A DNA stretch of 63,935 nt, counting the filler, from Reclinomonas americana ATCC 50394 (Eukaryota): assembly GCA_048213135.1 (NCBI GenBank). It is 9 parts of 3 records of this genome, joined end to end, with 100 filler letters (N's around TTAATTAATTAA, not from the genome) between each part and the next. Parts side by side here need not be neighbours in the genome. Positions count along the whole stretch, not along the records: positions 48,356 to 52,681 come from PS015148.1; positions 52,782 to 55,628 come from PS015148.1; positions 55,729 to 57,893 come from PS015148.1; positions 57,994 to 63,935 come from PS015148.1; 5 more parts are not named here. The stretch is one strand, 5' to 3'. This document shows, in pieces, positions 49,756 through 62,929 of this stretch. The notes beneath the pieces are model-generated. The model saw nothing but the letters and a program-made list of their open reading frames with translations. It was not told the origin of the DNA and ran no database searches. Within the stretch, counting starts at the first letter, position 1. Each line of letters begins with the position of its first letter. The translations under genes were made by a program, and so were the position numbers.

Positions 49756-52100
49756 TCATGCCTGGAAGAACTTTTTCCACGCCTTGGCCTTGTCGGCGAG
49801 CGTCTCGCGAGCCGATGCCGACTGTTCGGGGGCGGTTGCACCGATTGACCAGTCGGGCGGCGTTGCGCCGACGTGGGACATGGCACTGGCGACGGCGTTC
49901 TCGTACGTGGTCACCGTGTGATCAGAGATCATGGTCGGCGACAGGCGGATGCGCAGGTACTCGCCGCGAGACGACACTCGTGGTCGCCAGGAAACCGGGG
50001 CGGGGGTGGTGCTGCTGCTGCTGCTGCCGCTCGCAGAGGTGCTGGAAGCGAACATCGGCGACGACAACTGGTTACGCGCCGTGGCGACCGCATTGGCCAC
50101 GGCGGCGGCTGAGCGTTGGAGCACGGGGACTGGCGTCGCCACGTCACCCGTATTCGGATCAATGCCACCGGTGGCTTCGGCAGCAGCACCGGCGGCGGCG
50201 GCGGCATCCTTGTTGAGGGTCGCTGCCATGGCAGCCTGCCGCAGCTTGGAGATGCGCTCCGTGACGTTGGTGACCAGGGCGCTCAGCTCAAACCCGGCTG
50301 TAGATGTTGACGCAGCGTTGCTCTTGATGGTGGACGTGGCGGCCGCAAAGGGGTTGTGTGGCAGCTGGAAGGGAACCGGCGCCGGTGGAACCACAGTGTC
50401 TGTGTGGGGAGAGAGTAAGAGAGAGAGATGGAGAGAGCACTGCATGAAAAGAAGCGTGAAAACTCACCTGGAATCACGCGCGCCAGCTGAATGATGCGAC
50501 CGGGCACGCCCAGTGTCGTGGAATCTGTCTCGCTCCACTGGCCCAGACTGCGGTGCGAGAGCACAGAGATATGAGAGTGGAAGGAAGTCGTGCGACAAAA
50601 ACGAGAAGAGTATTACCTATAGGTCAGCGTGAGCGGCACGAGGTCGCGCTGCACGCGTGAGAACTCGTCCACAAATGTGTTGAGGGAGGAGATGGAGAGG
50701 CGGGGAATGATATCGTCACCCGCCACCACCGACACCACGTGGTCCTGCAGTACTTCGCTCACGGCAGCCGAGCCGCAGGGCGGGACTGTGGGCGGCACGA
50801 GAATGAGCGGGGGGGTGCGAAGACAAGGCGATGGAGGAACATTGGCACTCAACTGGCAAATGCGTAGCACTTGACTTTGCACTGCACGTGCTCCTCTGTG
50901 AAAAGCACAGTGAGACGGAAAGGAGGGTGCAGAAGTGATGCAGGTCAACGCACGCAACTCTGCACAATCAGGTACGCTGCGAAATGACAAGGGTGAGCAA
51001 AACAGCATGATCTCAGCAAAGGGCACGCGCGACGAAACTCAAGAGCGCCGCCACTCCGCCACCCAATGAGTGCCCGCAAATGTACAGAGTCTCATTCGGG
51101 TTCTGCGTGAGCGACTGGAACCACGGCTTCTCCTCGATCTGCTTGTACACGAACACGGCAGCCTTCCATACTCCCCAGTGAACCCACACATCTCCGTCGC
51201 CCACATGTGCCTCCTGCAGAGACAAGAAAGTGAGAAGTGCGGAGGATGAACTTTCCGCTCCCCGCTCCCAGACGCACCTCCAGTGGCTCTTCTCCCGAAA
51301 ACCGCAAATCCGTCACCACATCGTGCACACTCTCCGTTCCTCGAATCGTCAGCACTACGCGCTCTTCACCGAGCTTGCCGGGGATGCCCTCGCCCACCCG
51401 CTCCCGCACCACGCAGAATACTGGCTGCAGTGCGGAGTTGCGCTTCTCCTCTTGCAGCACCACTCCCAGCGGACCGTGACCGGTGCGATACAAGGTGCGC
51501 GCATGTCGGAAAAACCACCCGACCTCGTACATCTCCTCGACGGTTGGCGTCAGCTTGCTAAACACTCCCAGCACATTGTCGAGCAACTCGGAACGCTTGT
51601 CGCGGTACGCGGCCAGCGCTCGCATCCACACACAACGGTCCATCCAGTCTTGCAAGTCTCGCACATCGCGCACCGTCACGTGCATGAGCGACAGCAAATC
51701 CAACATGGTCGCCAGCTGACTCTGCCCGACACTGTGTGGCGGGAGTGAGAAAGTGGAGAGAAAGAGGGAGGGTGAGGGAGGGAGAGGGAGAGACACGCAA
51801 CAACGACGCCGCAATGTCGTACAGCCAGCTGACACTCTTTTGCACTCTGCAGAGCACGGTGAGAGCGCGTCTTCAACCCTGCGTGTTGGCGAGCATCGCA
51901 ACTGTGGATCCGCGACTGCGACTGTCGGTGGTGGTGCCTGATTGGTGGAACTGCTGCTGGTCAGCGTGGCACTCAGTGCCTGCTCCCACTTCTTTGTCAG
52001 AAACGCGCTGGCTCCACGAGCCTGCGAACAGCATGTTAACTACAAGCAGCGACGACGAGAGGTCAATGTGAATGCTCACCTTGACTGTGAGCTTCTCCAG
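49756..52100 (-). CDS. Class 3 (DAG-lipase-like) lipase, multi-exon; start uncertain
   Basis: VVLTIRGTESVHDVVTDL, VHWGVWKAA, nucleophile elbow ICGHSLGGGVAALL, SVVAGDDIIPRLS, PGRIIQL, IRLSPTMISDH...Y. Confidence 0.88.
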
Positions 52101-52443
52101 GGCGACGGGTGGCGAGGCGAGGCGGGAGGCCTGTGGAAACGGAGCATGAGGAAAGGAAGGAGAGCGGCTGGTCTCGCCTTTGTTCTTCAGTCAACACCCA
52201 GAGTCGTCTCTCAGTCTGATCCAAGCTTTGGTCACATATCCCTTGCTAATCTTGTCTCTTCACGCTGTTCTTCTGTTTCTGATCAATGCCGTCTGCCTTC
52301 CTCTCGCCAGCCCCTCAACTGCATCCTCTCTTTCTCACTCCGATCTTTGTCAAGCTTCCTGCACACAATTCTTCTGTCTCTTCTCTTCATCCGATCCTGG
52401 CCATTGCCTCCTGCACTCCTCTCACCAGGCCATCGCCTGCCTT

Positions 52444-52474
<31 letters not shown>

Positions 52475-52834
52475 AATCTCTGCTGTTCCTTATCTGCGAT
52501 CCTGATCATCGTTGTCTGCCTTCCTCTCACATATCCCTTCCTGTTCATCCCCTTCTTCATCTCCTTCTCTCTCTCTCTCTCTCAATCTCTGCAGTTCCTT
52601 ATCTGCGATCCTGATCATCGTTGTCTGTCTTCCTCTCACGTATCCCTTGCTGCTGGCTCCCCTCCCCCTCCTCTCTCTCTCNNNNNNNNNNNNNNNNNNN
52701 NNNNNNNNNNNNNNNNNNNNNNNNNTTAATTAATTAANNNNNNNNNNNNNNNNNNNNNNNNNNNNNNNNNNNNNNNNNNNNGAGAGAGAGAGAGAGAGAG
52801 AGAGGACTTTGACGCCAGAGAACAACAAAGAGTG

Positions 52835-55500
52835 TCACGGTGAAGCAAGCGTGGTCAAATCGACCGCCACCACGGCTCCCCGTGTCAGCCGACAACCACC
52901 GCCACCGCCACGCAACTGCCACCGCGAGAGCGCATCCAAAATATCCGCGCGCACCACGAACGCATTCGGGTCGCTTGGATCCAGCTCCAACGCTCTCGTC
53001 TGCGCCAAACCAGTCCAGTCAGCCACTCAGCACGTCGCACCCCGCACAAACACTCACTCACTCACCACATCCTCCAGCGCCAGAGTCAGCATGTTCACCG
53101 TGAGTCGCTCGACTGCACGGCCCACCAGCGTGTCGGCACGATTCGGCTCCAGTTCCAGTGCGAGGCTATAATCGTGAATCTAACAAAAGGTGTGAGACAG
53201 CAGCGACCGCAACAGACACGAACACCCAACGCAACTGCCTCCTCGTGTCGTTGCATGCTCGACAGCACCTTTGCGCGGTTGTACAGAGTGGCGGCGTCGT
53301 CGGGTTTCAGATGCAAGGCGAGATTGTAGTCCTCCAGGGCCTGGCACTCGACGGTTGAGAAACAAGCAGAATGCACGACAAGGGGGATTGAAAGCGCGCA
53401 AGGTCACCTGTGGGAGCGAGCCAAGAAGCTGGCGCAGGTAGCCGCGTCCCGCAAGTGCCTCGGCGTAATGTGGTTGCAGTTGGATGGCTCGGTCGCTGTT
53501 CGCCAACGAATGAGAACAAAGGAAGGAGCAACGACGACTAAAGACAGCTGCACTCACTAATCCGCCAGCGCCTCCAGCCGCCTTCCCAGTTGCAGATTCG
53601 CGCCGGCACGGTTGTGGTAGCCGACCGCATGCGTTGGATTCAAGTACAGCGCCACATTGTAGTCCTCGATCGCCGCGTCGTGGTTGCCGAGTGCCTGTCG
53701 GGCGAAACCCCGATGCTGCACGTCACGCAATCAGTACGACAGATCTCCCTCCATCGGGATCAGGGCTCTCAACTTCGATCCCGAGCACAAGGATCGGCCA
53801 CTATCTATTCCACTCCGCTGATCACGACACCAAGCAAAAATCACAGTCTTCTCTCTCCTTCTTCCTGAAGAACGGAGGGCACAACAATTCCATCTCTCGC
53901 TCTGCTTCCTGACTCGCACACAGCTTGATTTCCCCGATCGTAACAGCAACCAACGATCACGGTCTCTTCCTGCTTGGAGGAGCGCACAAAAATTCTCTCC
54001 CGCTCTCTCTTCTCTCACGCAGCTCCATTTACCCGAATCATATCTCCAAGCAAAGATCACTGTTTCTTCTCACGGAGCCAAGCACACAAAGATCAGTCTC
54101 CCACTCTTCCTGACTCTTCCTCTCTCTCCATTCCTCATTTACAACACGAAGCAAATCACAGTATCTTCCCCCAATGAGCCAACCACCCAAGATCCAGTCT
54201 CCCGCTCTTCGTGCTCCCTCTCTCCATACCTCATCTACAACACCAAACAAAGATCAGTCTGCTACTTCCGGAACCGAGTACACAACAAGTTCTCTCTCCC
54301 GCTCTTCCTGACACCCCCCTTTTTCTCTCTCTCTCTCTCTCATCCACAGCTCCACTCCCCCGATCACAATACCAACCAATGATAACAGTCTCTTCTCCCA
54401 GAGGCGAGCACACAACACAGTTGCTCTTCCTGACTCTCCACTCTCTCTCTCTCTCTCTCTCACACAGCTCGATGCCTCGACCACAACACCAGCTAATGAG
54501 CCCAGCCTCTTCTCACTCTTTGTCCCTCCAAGACCTCCACAACAGCTCCAAGACCACAATCCTCTGTCTCCCTTGTCTCCCCCTTTCCTCCCCCTTCCTC
54601 ACCAAGTGCGCTTGCACATCATCGGGATTCAGTTCGAGGGCCCTATGGACCGCGTCAAAAAAATCGATCCCCCTCACAGACCGGACCCAACAACACTAAA
54701 CGGCACCTCTCAAAATCCGACAGCGACCGGTCAAAGAACCGTAGCCTCGTGTGCAGCATGCCACGCAGCGTATGCGCCGCCGCGTCAAACGGATTCCATT
54801 CAATGGCCTGATCGGTGGACCGGAGGGCCTCCCAAAAATCCTGCAGTCCAAACAGCGCCACCGCCCTCGCCATCAGCGCCGCCGCACGCTGCACATACAG
54901 TGAACACAGCACCCCGTCAGCTGCTGCAACGCACGGGCATACACACGCTCTTCTCCCTTCTATGCTGGCGCAACTGCATTGGCCTCGACATCATTCATCG
55001 GCTCACGCGGTGCCAGCTCCACCGCCTGATTCGCATCGCGGACGCCCTGCATGTAGTCGCCCCGATCATTATAGGCCCGCGCTCGCAGTACCAGGCTCTC
55101 CACTAGGCGCGCCCCCCCTCATAGTGAGTCACGAGAGTGAGAGGGAGAAGGAACGGAAAAGCGGCACCTCTCTGCGCATTGTTGGTGGTGATCGCCAACG
55201 CCTCGGTCGACAGCGAACAGGCCCGCACCAGATCGCCCTCCCGCAGCGCCCGATCGCCATCCGCAATGAGCTGCTCGGCTCGGATCTCCGGGTTCTGCAG
55301 TGTCACAAAGCGCGACTTTTCCAGCGATCCTATATACAAAACAAAGGGCGTTCAGTCACCAATGAGAGAGAGATATCATGGCAAGCACATGCCTCGTGGA
55401 GACGACGATGAGCGCGGGGAACTGCTGCTGCGTGCGGGCACCGAGGGCGGTGCTGGCAGGCGCAGACGGACTCCGCTGGCGGTGATCACTTCGTAGGTGC
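52835..55500 (-). CDS. Tetratricopeptide repeat protein, multi-exon, partial
   Basis: AIEWNPFDAAAHTLRG, AIQLQPHYAEALAGRG, ALEDYNLALHLKPDDAATLYNRA, ALELDPSDPNAFVVRA. Confidence 0.82.
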
Positions 55501-55755
55501 GACGGCGACTGATGGGAGGGAGAGAGGAGAAGGGTGAGAGAGAGAGAGAGAGAGGAGGAGAGAGAGAGGAGAACGAGAGGAGGGAGCGCGGAGGGAACAG
55601 TGGGGAGAGAGAGGAGTGGAGAGAAGAGNNNNNNNNNNNNNNNNNNNNNNNNNNNNNNNNNNNNNNNNNNNNTTAATTAATTAANNNNNNNNNNNNNNNN
55701 NNNNNNNNNNNNNNNNNNNNNNNNNNNNACGGTAACGTACTACTACTACTACTCT

Positions 55756-55888
<133 letters not shown>

Positions 55889-56449
55889 CTCTCTCCCTGT
55901 AATCCCATAACTGGACACTCACCCGCTGAGCGAATCCGAGCCAGTGAAGTAGTAGTTCACCATGTGGAAACGACGACGGGTTGCTCAAACAAAGAGAGGA
56001 ACTGTGTGAAAAGAGAGTGAGTGTGAGAAGTGTGTGCGGCCATCTCACGAGATGGCGCGCGCCCCTCGACTGTCGTTTACAGACGTACATGCGTGTGTAT
56101 GCGTGTGTGTATGTGTGTTATGTTGAGTGGCGTGGCGTGTGCGTGCTCTCACCTGGCGCGTTACGACAATTACGAGGAACAGGACACGCGACGTCGGTCG
56201 AAAAAACAAGCGCGGGCCTGCGGACTGCCCGTGCCACTGCAACCACTGCCAAGGAGCGAACGTGACAATGTAAGACGGCACGAACTAATGAGCGCAGGAA
56301 AAGTCGACGTCGCGATAAAGCTTGACACCGGGCAAGCAAGCGCGGTGCTCGGAAACCACATGCACAGTGAGCAGTATGGTTTATGCACATTGGTGAGAAG
56401 TAGCGACTGCGGTTCAGCAGGCGACCGCAGCCGAGGAAGCATGCACATC

Positions 56450-57270
56450 AAAATCCGAACATGTTCCCGACCCCGGCTTCCTCAACTCTCCTCATACCAT
56501 AACCTTGCCTACATGTACAATGCACATAGCACTACTCATTCCGTTGCTCAAAAGGCCGCTAACCGTGCCGCACAACCAAATAATAACAGCGCAGGACACA
56601 GTCGACGTTCCCACTTTTCCCCACAAACATGAGCGGGGAGGAAGACCCCGCCTCCTCCTCCTCCTCTCCAGGCAACCTTGAGATCTTCTCACTCTCTCGC
56701 GTACTTGCGCTCTCTGCTGCGCGACACGGAGGTGGACACCACGCGCACACTTCTTCGTCATGATCAGTGACTGCTGGTGCTGGTTGTGCGAGTGCTGCGA
56801 ACGGAGCAGTCGGTAGTGTGCACGTACGCATGCGTAGTGAGCAGCATGGCATACACAGGCGTGCAGCAACTGCAGTTCAGCACGAGGTTTCATGCACAAC
56901 AAAATCCGAACATGTACCGGACCCAGGCTTCCTCCACTCTTCTCACGCCGCCACTTTGCCTACAGATAAAGCGCACATAGTACTACCCATTCCACGCGCA
57001 CTATACCTCACTGGACTCCACTACGACCACTCAACAGCACAGGACACTCGCGACGTTCCCACTTTTCCCTACAATCATGAGCGGGGAGGAAGACCCCGCC
57101 TCCTCCTCCTCCTCCTCTCCAGGCAACCTCGAGATCTTCTCACTCTCTCGCGTGCTTGCGCTCTCTGCTGCGCGACACGGAGGTGGACACCACGCGCACA
57201 CTTCGTCGTCTGTGACTGGTGGTGCTGGTGGTGTGAGTGCTGCGAATGGAGCAGTCGGCAGTGTGCATGT
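56450..57270. repeat. Tandem duplication of about 450 bp (two units)
   Basis: AAATCCGAACATGT at 56451 and 56902. A near-identical block GACGTTCCCACTTTTCCC...CACCACGCGCACACTTC starts at about 56604 and 57052. Confidence 0.9.
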
Positions 57271-57744
57271 GGGAAGAGGCGCGCGGGAAGGCGCGGCGGA
57301 GGCGGATGATGCCGGGTTAGTCGCGTGTGTGTGTGTGTGTGAGGATGAGTGGAAGGCAATGGGGGGATACGTGTGGTCACTTGCGCGTGCATAGAGAGGC
57401 TGTGTGTTGCTCACTCTTCTCTCTCTCCTCTCTCTCTCTCTCTCTGTTGATTCAGTCGTGCATGCATTGATTGACTGCATTACTCGCTCACTCACTCATT
57501 GGCTCCGTTCTTCTCGTCTATCACTCTCGCTCTCTCGCTCTCTCGCTCTCTCTTACGCACACACACACACACACACACGCACACACACACACTGAATCAC
57601 TCATCGACTCACCTTCCCTCCCTCCAACTCTCCCTCACACTCACTCACTGACTGACCCACGCTGCAGCCTTGCCTGCCTCTCACTCTCTCACTATCTTCT
57701 CGCTCATTCATCCGCTGTGTTCTCTCCCGTCCTGCCTCCCTCCC

Positions 57745-57787
<43 letters not shown>

Positions 57788-58006
57788 CTCTCTCTCTCTC
57801 TCTCTCTTCTTCTTCTTCTCTCTCTACTCTCCTCCTCTCTCTCTCCTCCTCTCTCTACGCGCGCGCGTCGTCGTACGACCGACGACGACTACGNNNNNNN
57901 NNNNNNNNNNNNNNNNNNNNNNNNNNNNNNNNNNNNNTTAATTAATTAANNNNNNNNNNNNNNNNNNNNNNNNNNNNNNNNNNNNNNNNNNNNGAGAGAG
58001 AGAGAG

Positions 58007-58053
<47 letters not shown>

Positions 58054-58645
58054 AGAGAGAGAGAAGGAGCATGGGTGTCGATGCGAATGTGTTTGGTGCG
58101 CGCGCGAGTTGAGTGCACGTGCACGCTTGTGCCTGTTTCTTCTCTCTCCCTCACACCTCGTGGCTCTCTCTCCCTCCCTCCATCTCTTGCAGGCAGGATG
58201 GATCCGTACCACGCTGTCGGACCAGCCTCTGGGCCAGGAATACATGTCAGCATGTGCAAACAGTGTCCGTGGCGCTTCTTCAGACCACTGGTTGCTTCTT
58301 CTTTGCCCCACTTGGACGTCTAGTGAGTAGCATACTGTGTGACAGTGTGTGTGGGTGAACAAATGGCCACGAAATGGTGTCCAAATTCACTGTACCACGG
58401 ATGATCCACTGATTATTACTCGTACGTGTGGAAGGTGCTCGTGCATTCGACACGCCGTTGCCATGGCGATCGCGAGCACGGCTGGAGTGGTACTTGAGAG
58501 CTAAGTGGGCACTGAACCACTGCCACTCATGCTGCGTGAGGGAGGAGGCGGAGATGGTGGTACCCGGGCGAGTCTGGTGAGGTACGAGCCACCGCGTGTG
58601 TGACGAGCCGTTTCCGCTGGATAGGTTGTATCGGATCCGGACACA

Positions 58646-58790
58646 GTCGGCGAATGCCAATGGCCGTGGAGGAGGCGGCGGAGGTGGTTCCCTGGCCGGC
58701 ACTGATGTTCATAGTGCTGATATGTCATACACTGTCACTGTCGGTGGTGGTGGAGCTGGAGGTGCGGATTCGACGAGTGGTGCACTGGAG
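58646..58790 (+). pseudogene. Degenerate partial duplicate of the Gly-rich exon at 59840
   Basis: SANANGRGGGGGGGSLAGTDVHSADMSYTVTVGGGGAGGADSTSG versus PPNGNGRGGGGAGGFLAGTDVISADTSYTVTVGGGGAGGAGSASG. Confidence 0.75.
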
Positions 58791-59240
58791 GAGCGCGACC
58801 TGTGGCACGCGGACATTGAGCGAGCATGCTGGAACGGCTGCGTGATGGTGGTGATGAGGATTCAGCAAGCGCAGTTTGATACGATGCATTTCCTTGCCGA
58901 GTACCCGCATAGCAGGTGAGTGATGAGATGCCATGAATGTGCATGTGTCAGAAAAGATGCTAACGACCGGTCGCTGGCTGTAGTACGCAAAGGCAAAGCG
59001 CGCTGAATTTTGGTTGGGCGAGGGCGTGGCGGTGGCGGAGGAGGAGGACGATGATGATGGTGAAAGGTAGTTGCAACTCTCGACGGCATTTCTTGATTGC
59101 TCCGGGTCTCCGCCTATCACTCCGACTGAAGAATAATGCTTCGCATCCAGTTTTCGCGCGTTCGGTAGCGTTCGATCGCACATCACACACTCGTGCGCGT
59201 TAGTCACGCCCGTCTGCGTCTTGGTGGTGTCTAAGTGTTT

Positions 59241-59271
<31 letters not shown>

Positions 59272-59574
59272 GTCTTCGTGTCGTGAGTGTGTCTTCGTGT
59301 CGTGAGTGTGTGTGGTACATGTCCACGCATTTGTTTTGTAGCAGTCGCAAAATGCGGCTGCTGGTTGCTGGTGTGCCACTACAATACATGTATGCGTTCG
59401 CGGTTTTGGTCTTCTGCATGGCTGCTGGTGTGTGTTTTCGCTGTGCGCGCGCGCGCATTGATTGAATTTGTTCGTGCGTGTGTATGCGTGTGTGTGTGTG
59501 TGTGCGCGATTGTGTGTGTGTGTGTGTGTTCGCACCTCCGTGTTGCAGCATCTGACCCATTTTGTAATTGGCAG

Positions 59575-62500
59575 GCCCCGCGCTGGCAGCACCGATCAAG
59601 ATGGTGGGCAGCGGCGGCACCATGTCCACGCTCGACGTATCGGGCGACGAGTACCAGGTGCACACGTTTACCACCGTTGGTGGCAATCAATCACTCTCCA
59701 TTCCGCTCGGTGCAGCCAGTCGAGATCATCTGGTGGTCGCTGGCGGTGGCGGTGGCGGAGGCATTGCGGCTGCGTGCTCCTTTGTTGATTCATTTATTAT
59801 TTAGTGACGCATTCCGCTCAATGGCCTGCCGAAATACAGCCGCCGAATGGAAATGGCCGTGGAGGAGGCGGCGCAGGTGGTTTCCTGGCCGGCACTGATG
59901 TGATTAGCGCTGATACATCGTACACTGTCACCGTCGGTGGTGGTGGAGCTGGAGGGGCGGGTTCGGCGAGTGGTGAATCCGGCGGTTCCTCATCCATTTC
60001 TAGCGTGGTGGTTGCAAGCGGTGGGGGTGGTGGTTCAGGTGTCATCGGCACTGCAGGCAAAAATGGAGGCTCTGGCGGTGGTGGTGTCGGCAGCGCTGGT
60101 CCTGCTGGTAGAGCCGGAACAGGTATTTCAGGTCAGGGCTTTGATGGCGGCCTTGGATCAGCCAGCTTAGCCGCGGGAGGTGGTGGCGGTGGAGCCGGGA
60201 GTGCTGGTTCCAATAGCACCACCACTTCTGGCGGTTCCGGAGGAGCGGGAAAGTCGTCGGACATCACTGGAAGCACAGTGTGAGTCAGTGTCTGTGCCAA
60301 TGTCGCCCATGTGCGAGCGCTCAGAGTTCTGTCTCCTCACGACGCATCACGCAATGCACATGCGCGTGCCACAGGTTTTATTCTGGCGGAGGTGGCGGCG
60401 GTGGCACAACTTCATCGAGCCGTGTGGGTGGTGCTGGCGGAAAAGGCGGTGGAGCTAGTGCACCATCAACTCGAACCGATGGTGTCGATGCGACAGCGAA
60501 CACTGGTGGAGGTGGATCTGGCGTCACAGGAGGTAATTCCAACTCCGGCACATTTACCGGTGGCGCAGGCGGCTCCGGCATTGTCATTGTCCGTTATCGA
60601 GCTGGCACACTTGAGCTCTCCACGCAACCGGCGGCGGATGTAATCGTTAGCGGCGTCGTCTTTACCACGCAGCCGGCGTTGACGATCCTTGACGGGTCGG
60701 GCGCCGGTGTCAGTGGCGCGACGGTGACTGCCGCATTATATTCTGGTTCCGGTACACTGGGTGGCACCACCACCGCAACAACCGACGGCTCGGGAATCGC
60801 CGCGTTCTCCGATCTCTCCATCACCGGGACGGGAACACACTCCCTGCGGTTCACTGTGTCGGGCTTCACTGTGGACTCGGTGTCGTTCACGGTGGCGAAC
60901 TTTATCGCCATTACGCCAGCGTCATTCACGTCCATCAATAACCAGACGGCCTTGGTCAGCGGTGTTCTCATCCCCGACCTGTCGACCGACTCGGCAGCCT
61001 TCGTCGTCTCCAGCACTGACTGCGCTGCACCGACGATCGTCAGTGGCACCAGCGTGGCCTCAGTGGCGCCTCCGTCTCCATTCACTTCCGTCACTGTCAC
61101 CATCAACGCGCTCAATGTGCCGACAACTGGATCGCTTCGTCTGTGCGTGCGCGGGTGAGTGCATAAGTGTTTCTCACGCGCTTAACCAAAGTATCAGGAT
61201 TCTATTGCTGATTGCATAGTCTCTTGTAAGGTCGCCCAATGCAGCGTATTCTCGAGTCGGCACAGCAGACTTGAGTATCGGTGTGTATGTGTCTATCTTT
61301 GTAGATTGCGGGTACCTTGCTGCTCACAATCGCACACTCCCTGCACTCAGCAAATACACCACCCAGTGCGCCACAACTGTCCACCTCCACCTATACGCCA
61401 CCACTGGTACTAAATGGAGTGATTGGCACGCTGCTTGCGACCGACATCGACACCGGGCAAACGCCGTCGTTCAGCATTACTGGCGGCAGTGGCGCCGCCA
61501 AGTTTAATGTCAGTGGCAATCAACTGCGATCGAACGTGAATGGTCTCACGGGGAACAATCTACAAGTTACTGTGCAAGCGAGTGATGGCGCAGGTGGTAC
61601 GGCAAGCGCCACGTTCACCATTAGCGAAGGTACGTTGTGTTTCAGAAGTTTCAACGACAGAGTAGAATACGTCGTGATTCATTCTGCTTTGTGCTTCAGT
61701 CAATGTTGCGCCGACGACGCCGACCCTGTCTCCGTCGACATACACACCACCTTTGGCTCTCAATGGCGTGATCGGTACTCTGGCCTCGACCGATCCCAAC
61801 ACGGGTCAGACTCTCAGCTACACCGTCACCGGTGGCACGAATCAGGCCTCGTTCAACATCAGCGGTACCAGCTTGCGGTCGAATGTGGCTGGTCTCACTG
61901 GCAATGGCCTGCAAGTTACTGTGCAAGTAAGTGACGGTGCGGGTGGCACTGCGAACTCCACGTTCACCATCAACGAGGTTGAAGGTGAGTGTGTCTGTGT
62001 GTCTGTGTGCAAGAAGGTGTGAAGTGTGCGGATGGAACCTGATGTGTTTGCTTCGATAATTAGCCTCGTCGACGACGTCGTGTTCAGCGATTCCCCACGA
62101 GTCCAAGCGCATTTGGTGGTCCGTCGCCTCCAACGCCGACGGCACCAAGCTGGCGGCCGTGGTCGAGTTCGGCCGCATCTACACCTCCGCTGACTCGGGT
62201 GCGACGTGGACGCCGCGCGACACGAACCGCTACTGGGTCAGTGTGGCCTCCAGCAGCGACGGCACCAAGTTGGTGGCCTGCGTCTACTGCAACGGCAACA
62301 TTTACACCTCCTCCGACTCGGGCGTGACGTGGACGCCGCGCGCGTCACTGCAAGCGTGGTCGGCGGTGGCCTCCAGTGCTGACGGCTCGAAGCTGGTGGC
62401 TGTGGCCGTCGGCGATTCGATCTACACCTCCGCCGACTCGGGCGCGACGTGGACGCCGCGTGACTCGCATCGTCAGTGGGTCGCCGTGGCCTCCAGCAGT

Positions 62501-62929
62501 GACGGCACCAAGTTGGTGGCCGCTGTGCGTGACGGCGCGCTCTACACCTCCACCGACTCGGGCTCGACGTGGACGGCTCGCGACTCCAATCGCCCGTGGG
62601 TCGGTGTGGCCTCCAGCTCGGACGGCGCCAAGCTGGTGGCCGTCACCCATGGTGGCCAGATCTACACCTCCGCTGATTCCGGCGCAACGTGGACGGCTCG
62701 CGAGTCGGCGCGGCTGTGGCGATCGGTGGCCTCGAGCAGCGACGGGTCGAAGCTGGTGGCTGTGGTCGGCAACGACAAGATCTACACGTCGAGCGACTCG
62801 GGTGTGACGTGGACGGCGCGCGACTCGAATCGCAACTGGTTTGCCGTGGCCTCCAACGCCGCCGGCACGAAGGTGGTGGCGAGTGTGTACGACGGTCGGA
62901 TCTACACGCTGGACCTCGGCTCATGCTAG
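59575..62929 (+). CDS. Mosaic adhesin-like protein: phage-type Gly-rich domain, bacterial Ig-like domain, 2 cadherin-like domains and a 7-repeat BNR/Asp-box propeller; multi-exon, start not identified
   Basis: VHTFT..LVVAGGGGGG..YTVTVGGGG..ANTGGGG..GGSGIVIVRY; TQP..GSGTLGGTTTATT..GIAAFSDLSI; two copies of IGTL..TD..TGQT.S...TGG....FN.SG..LRS; seven repeats of the type W..VASS.DG.KLVA....IYTS.DSG.TWT.R (the last is truncated). Confidence 0.82.
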
